DNA of 58,771 nt from a virus (lineage: Duplodnaviria; Caudoviricetes). The stretch is taken from positions 1 through 58,771 of IMG/VR virus record IMGVR_UViG_3300031578_000039; one strand, written 5' to 3'. The position numbers were made by a program, and so were the translations under genes. Shown one piece after another: positions 58,077 through 58,771 of this stretch; position 1 is the first letter of the stretch, and the number at the start of each line of letters is the position of its first letter. The notes beneath the pieces are model-generated. The model ran no database searches and was not told where the DNA came from. It saw nothing but the letters and a program-made list of their open reading frames with translations.

Positions 58077-58420
58077 TGAAAAAAACAATTATCACATTTG
58101 CCTTTTTATTATCATGTATTACAGGATTTTGTCAATTACAATCATCGCCTCCAATTTCATTACTTGAAATAAGAGATATGCGAGGAGGCGAGGGTTCAAC
58201 AAGTTTAGAAAAAGAAGCCGAGTTATGGTATGCCAAAACAGGAAAGGAGAAATTCAACCTATCTGCAAATAGCAGTATTTACCTTTCGGCATGGAGTGGG
58301 GAAGATTATAAAAGCCATGAGGATAATAAAATAAAAAAGGCGATAATCGCTTTCTGCTTATTATTACTATCAATTATGGCAGGTATGGGAATATTAACCT
58401 TAAATGTAAATAAAAAATGA
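58076..58420 (+). CDS. Signal-peptide plus fibre-tip-like domain plus C-terminal TM
   Basis: Paralogous N-domain with the 58417 ORF. Confidence 0.7.
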   Translation: MKKTIITFAFLLSCITGFCQLQSSPPISLLEIRDMRGGEGSTSLEKEAELWYAKTGKEKFNLSANSSIYLSAWSGEDYKSHEDNKIKKAIIAFCLLLLSIMAGMGILTLNVNKK

Positions 58421-58771
58421 AAAGATTATTATTTATATTATTCGCGTTAATATCGCTAAACCTATACGCACAACTCCCCTCAACTCCTCCAATCTCATTG
58501 CAAGATATAAGGGACGAACGAGGCGGCACAGGTTCAACAAGTCTGCAAACAGAGGCTGCACTTTGGTACACACAAACAGGACAAGCAAAGTTTAATTTTC
58601 CTGTGAATGGGAGTATCAGTATTCAGGATTGGTTGGGGGAGATATGGGACTTACCCATCGAAACGTACATAACACAGTCACCGAGCCCGTCTATAACAAT
58701 ACAAAGAGCATTGAATGGGGGCAGAGTAAAGGTTTACTGGGGGGATGGCACAGAGAACAATTACCCATCGG
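58417..58771 (+). CDS. N-terminal part of the PKD-like/LRR adhesin-like protein (continues at nt 1)
   Basis: ATGA overlap; MKRLLFILFALISLNLYAQLPSTPPISLQDIR...VYWGDG; no stop before the window end. Confidence 0.8.
   Translation, partial: MKRLLFILFALISLNLYAQLPSTPPISLQDIRDERGGTGSTSLQTEAALWYTQTGQAKFNFPVNGSISIQDWLGEIWDLPIETYITQSPSPSITIQRALNGGRVKVYWGDGTENNYPS

Noticed and set aside
1-58771. Integron integrase, other tyrosine/serine recombinase, transposase or reverse transcriptase
   Set aside because: No ORF with recognisable R-H-x-x-R-Y, serine recombinase, DDE or YADD motifs; a highly divergent enzyme cannot be excluded
1-58771. tRNA or rRNA genes
   Set aside because: No cloverleaf or T-loop consensus noticed; tRNAscan not run

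Overview
The window looks like a complete or nearly complete ~58.8 kb AT-rich siphovirus-type phage genome, probably infecting a Bacteroidota host (TTTG-N~19-TAnnTTTG promoters, signal peptides ending in Gln, Bacteroidota-type Cas9). It appears circularly permuted: the last 4 nt (TCGG) equal the first 4, and the ORF at 58417 continues in frame into 1..468. Recognisable modules are replication (initiator with iterons plus DnaC-like ATPase), recombination (putative annealing protein, PD-(D/E)XK-FtsK fusion), lysis, terminase/portal/protease/HK97-type capsid, tail and tail fibre. Two things stand out. (1) About 30 small accessory genes, including rtcB, sit in integron-like cassettes. Each is bracketed by its own GTTR.../...YAAC inverted repeat and separated from the next by an attC-like hairpin. 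They form 8-9 dispersed arrays, each with one conserved 24-bp site (TAACGATKGTRTAAACACACCTTT) at or near its 3' end. The arrangement suggests genes inverted relative to canonical integrons, and no integrase is visible. (2) A compact 913-aa type II-C Cas9 homologue with an intact-looking HNH but a degenerate RuvC overlaps a SNF2-like helicase; no cas1/cas2 or CRISPR array is seen. All calls are by eye from motifs; no searches were run.
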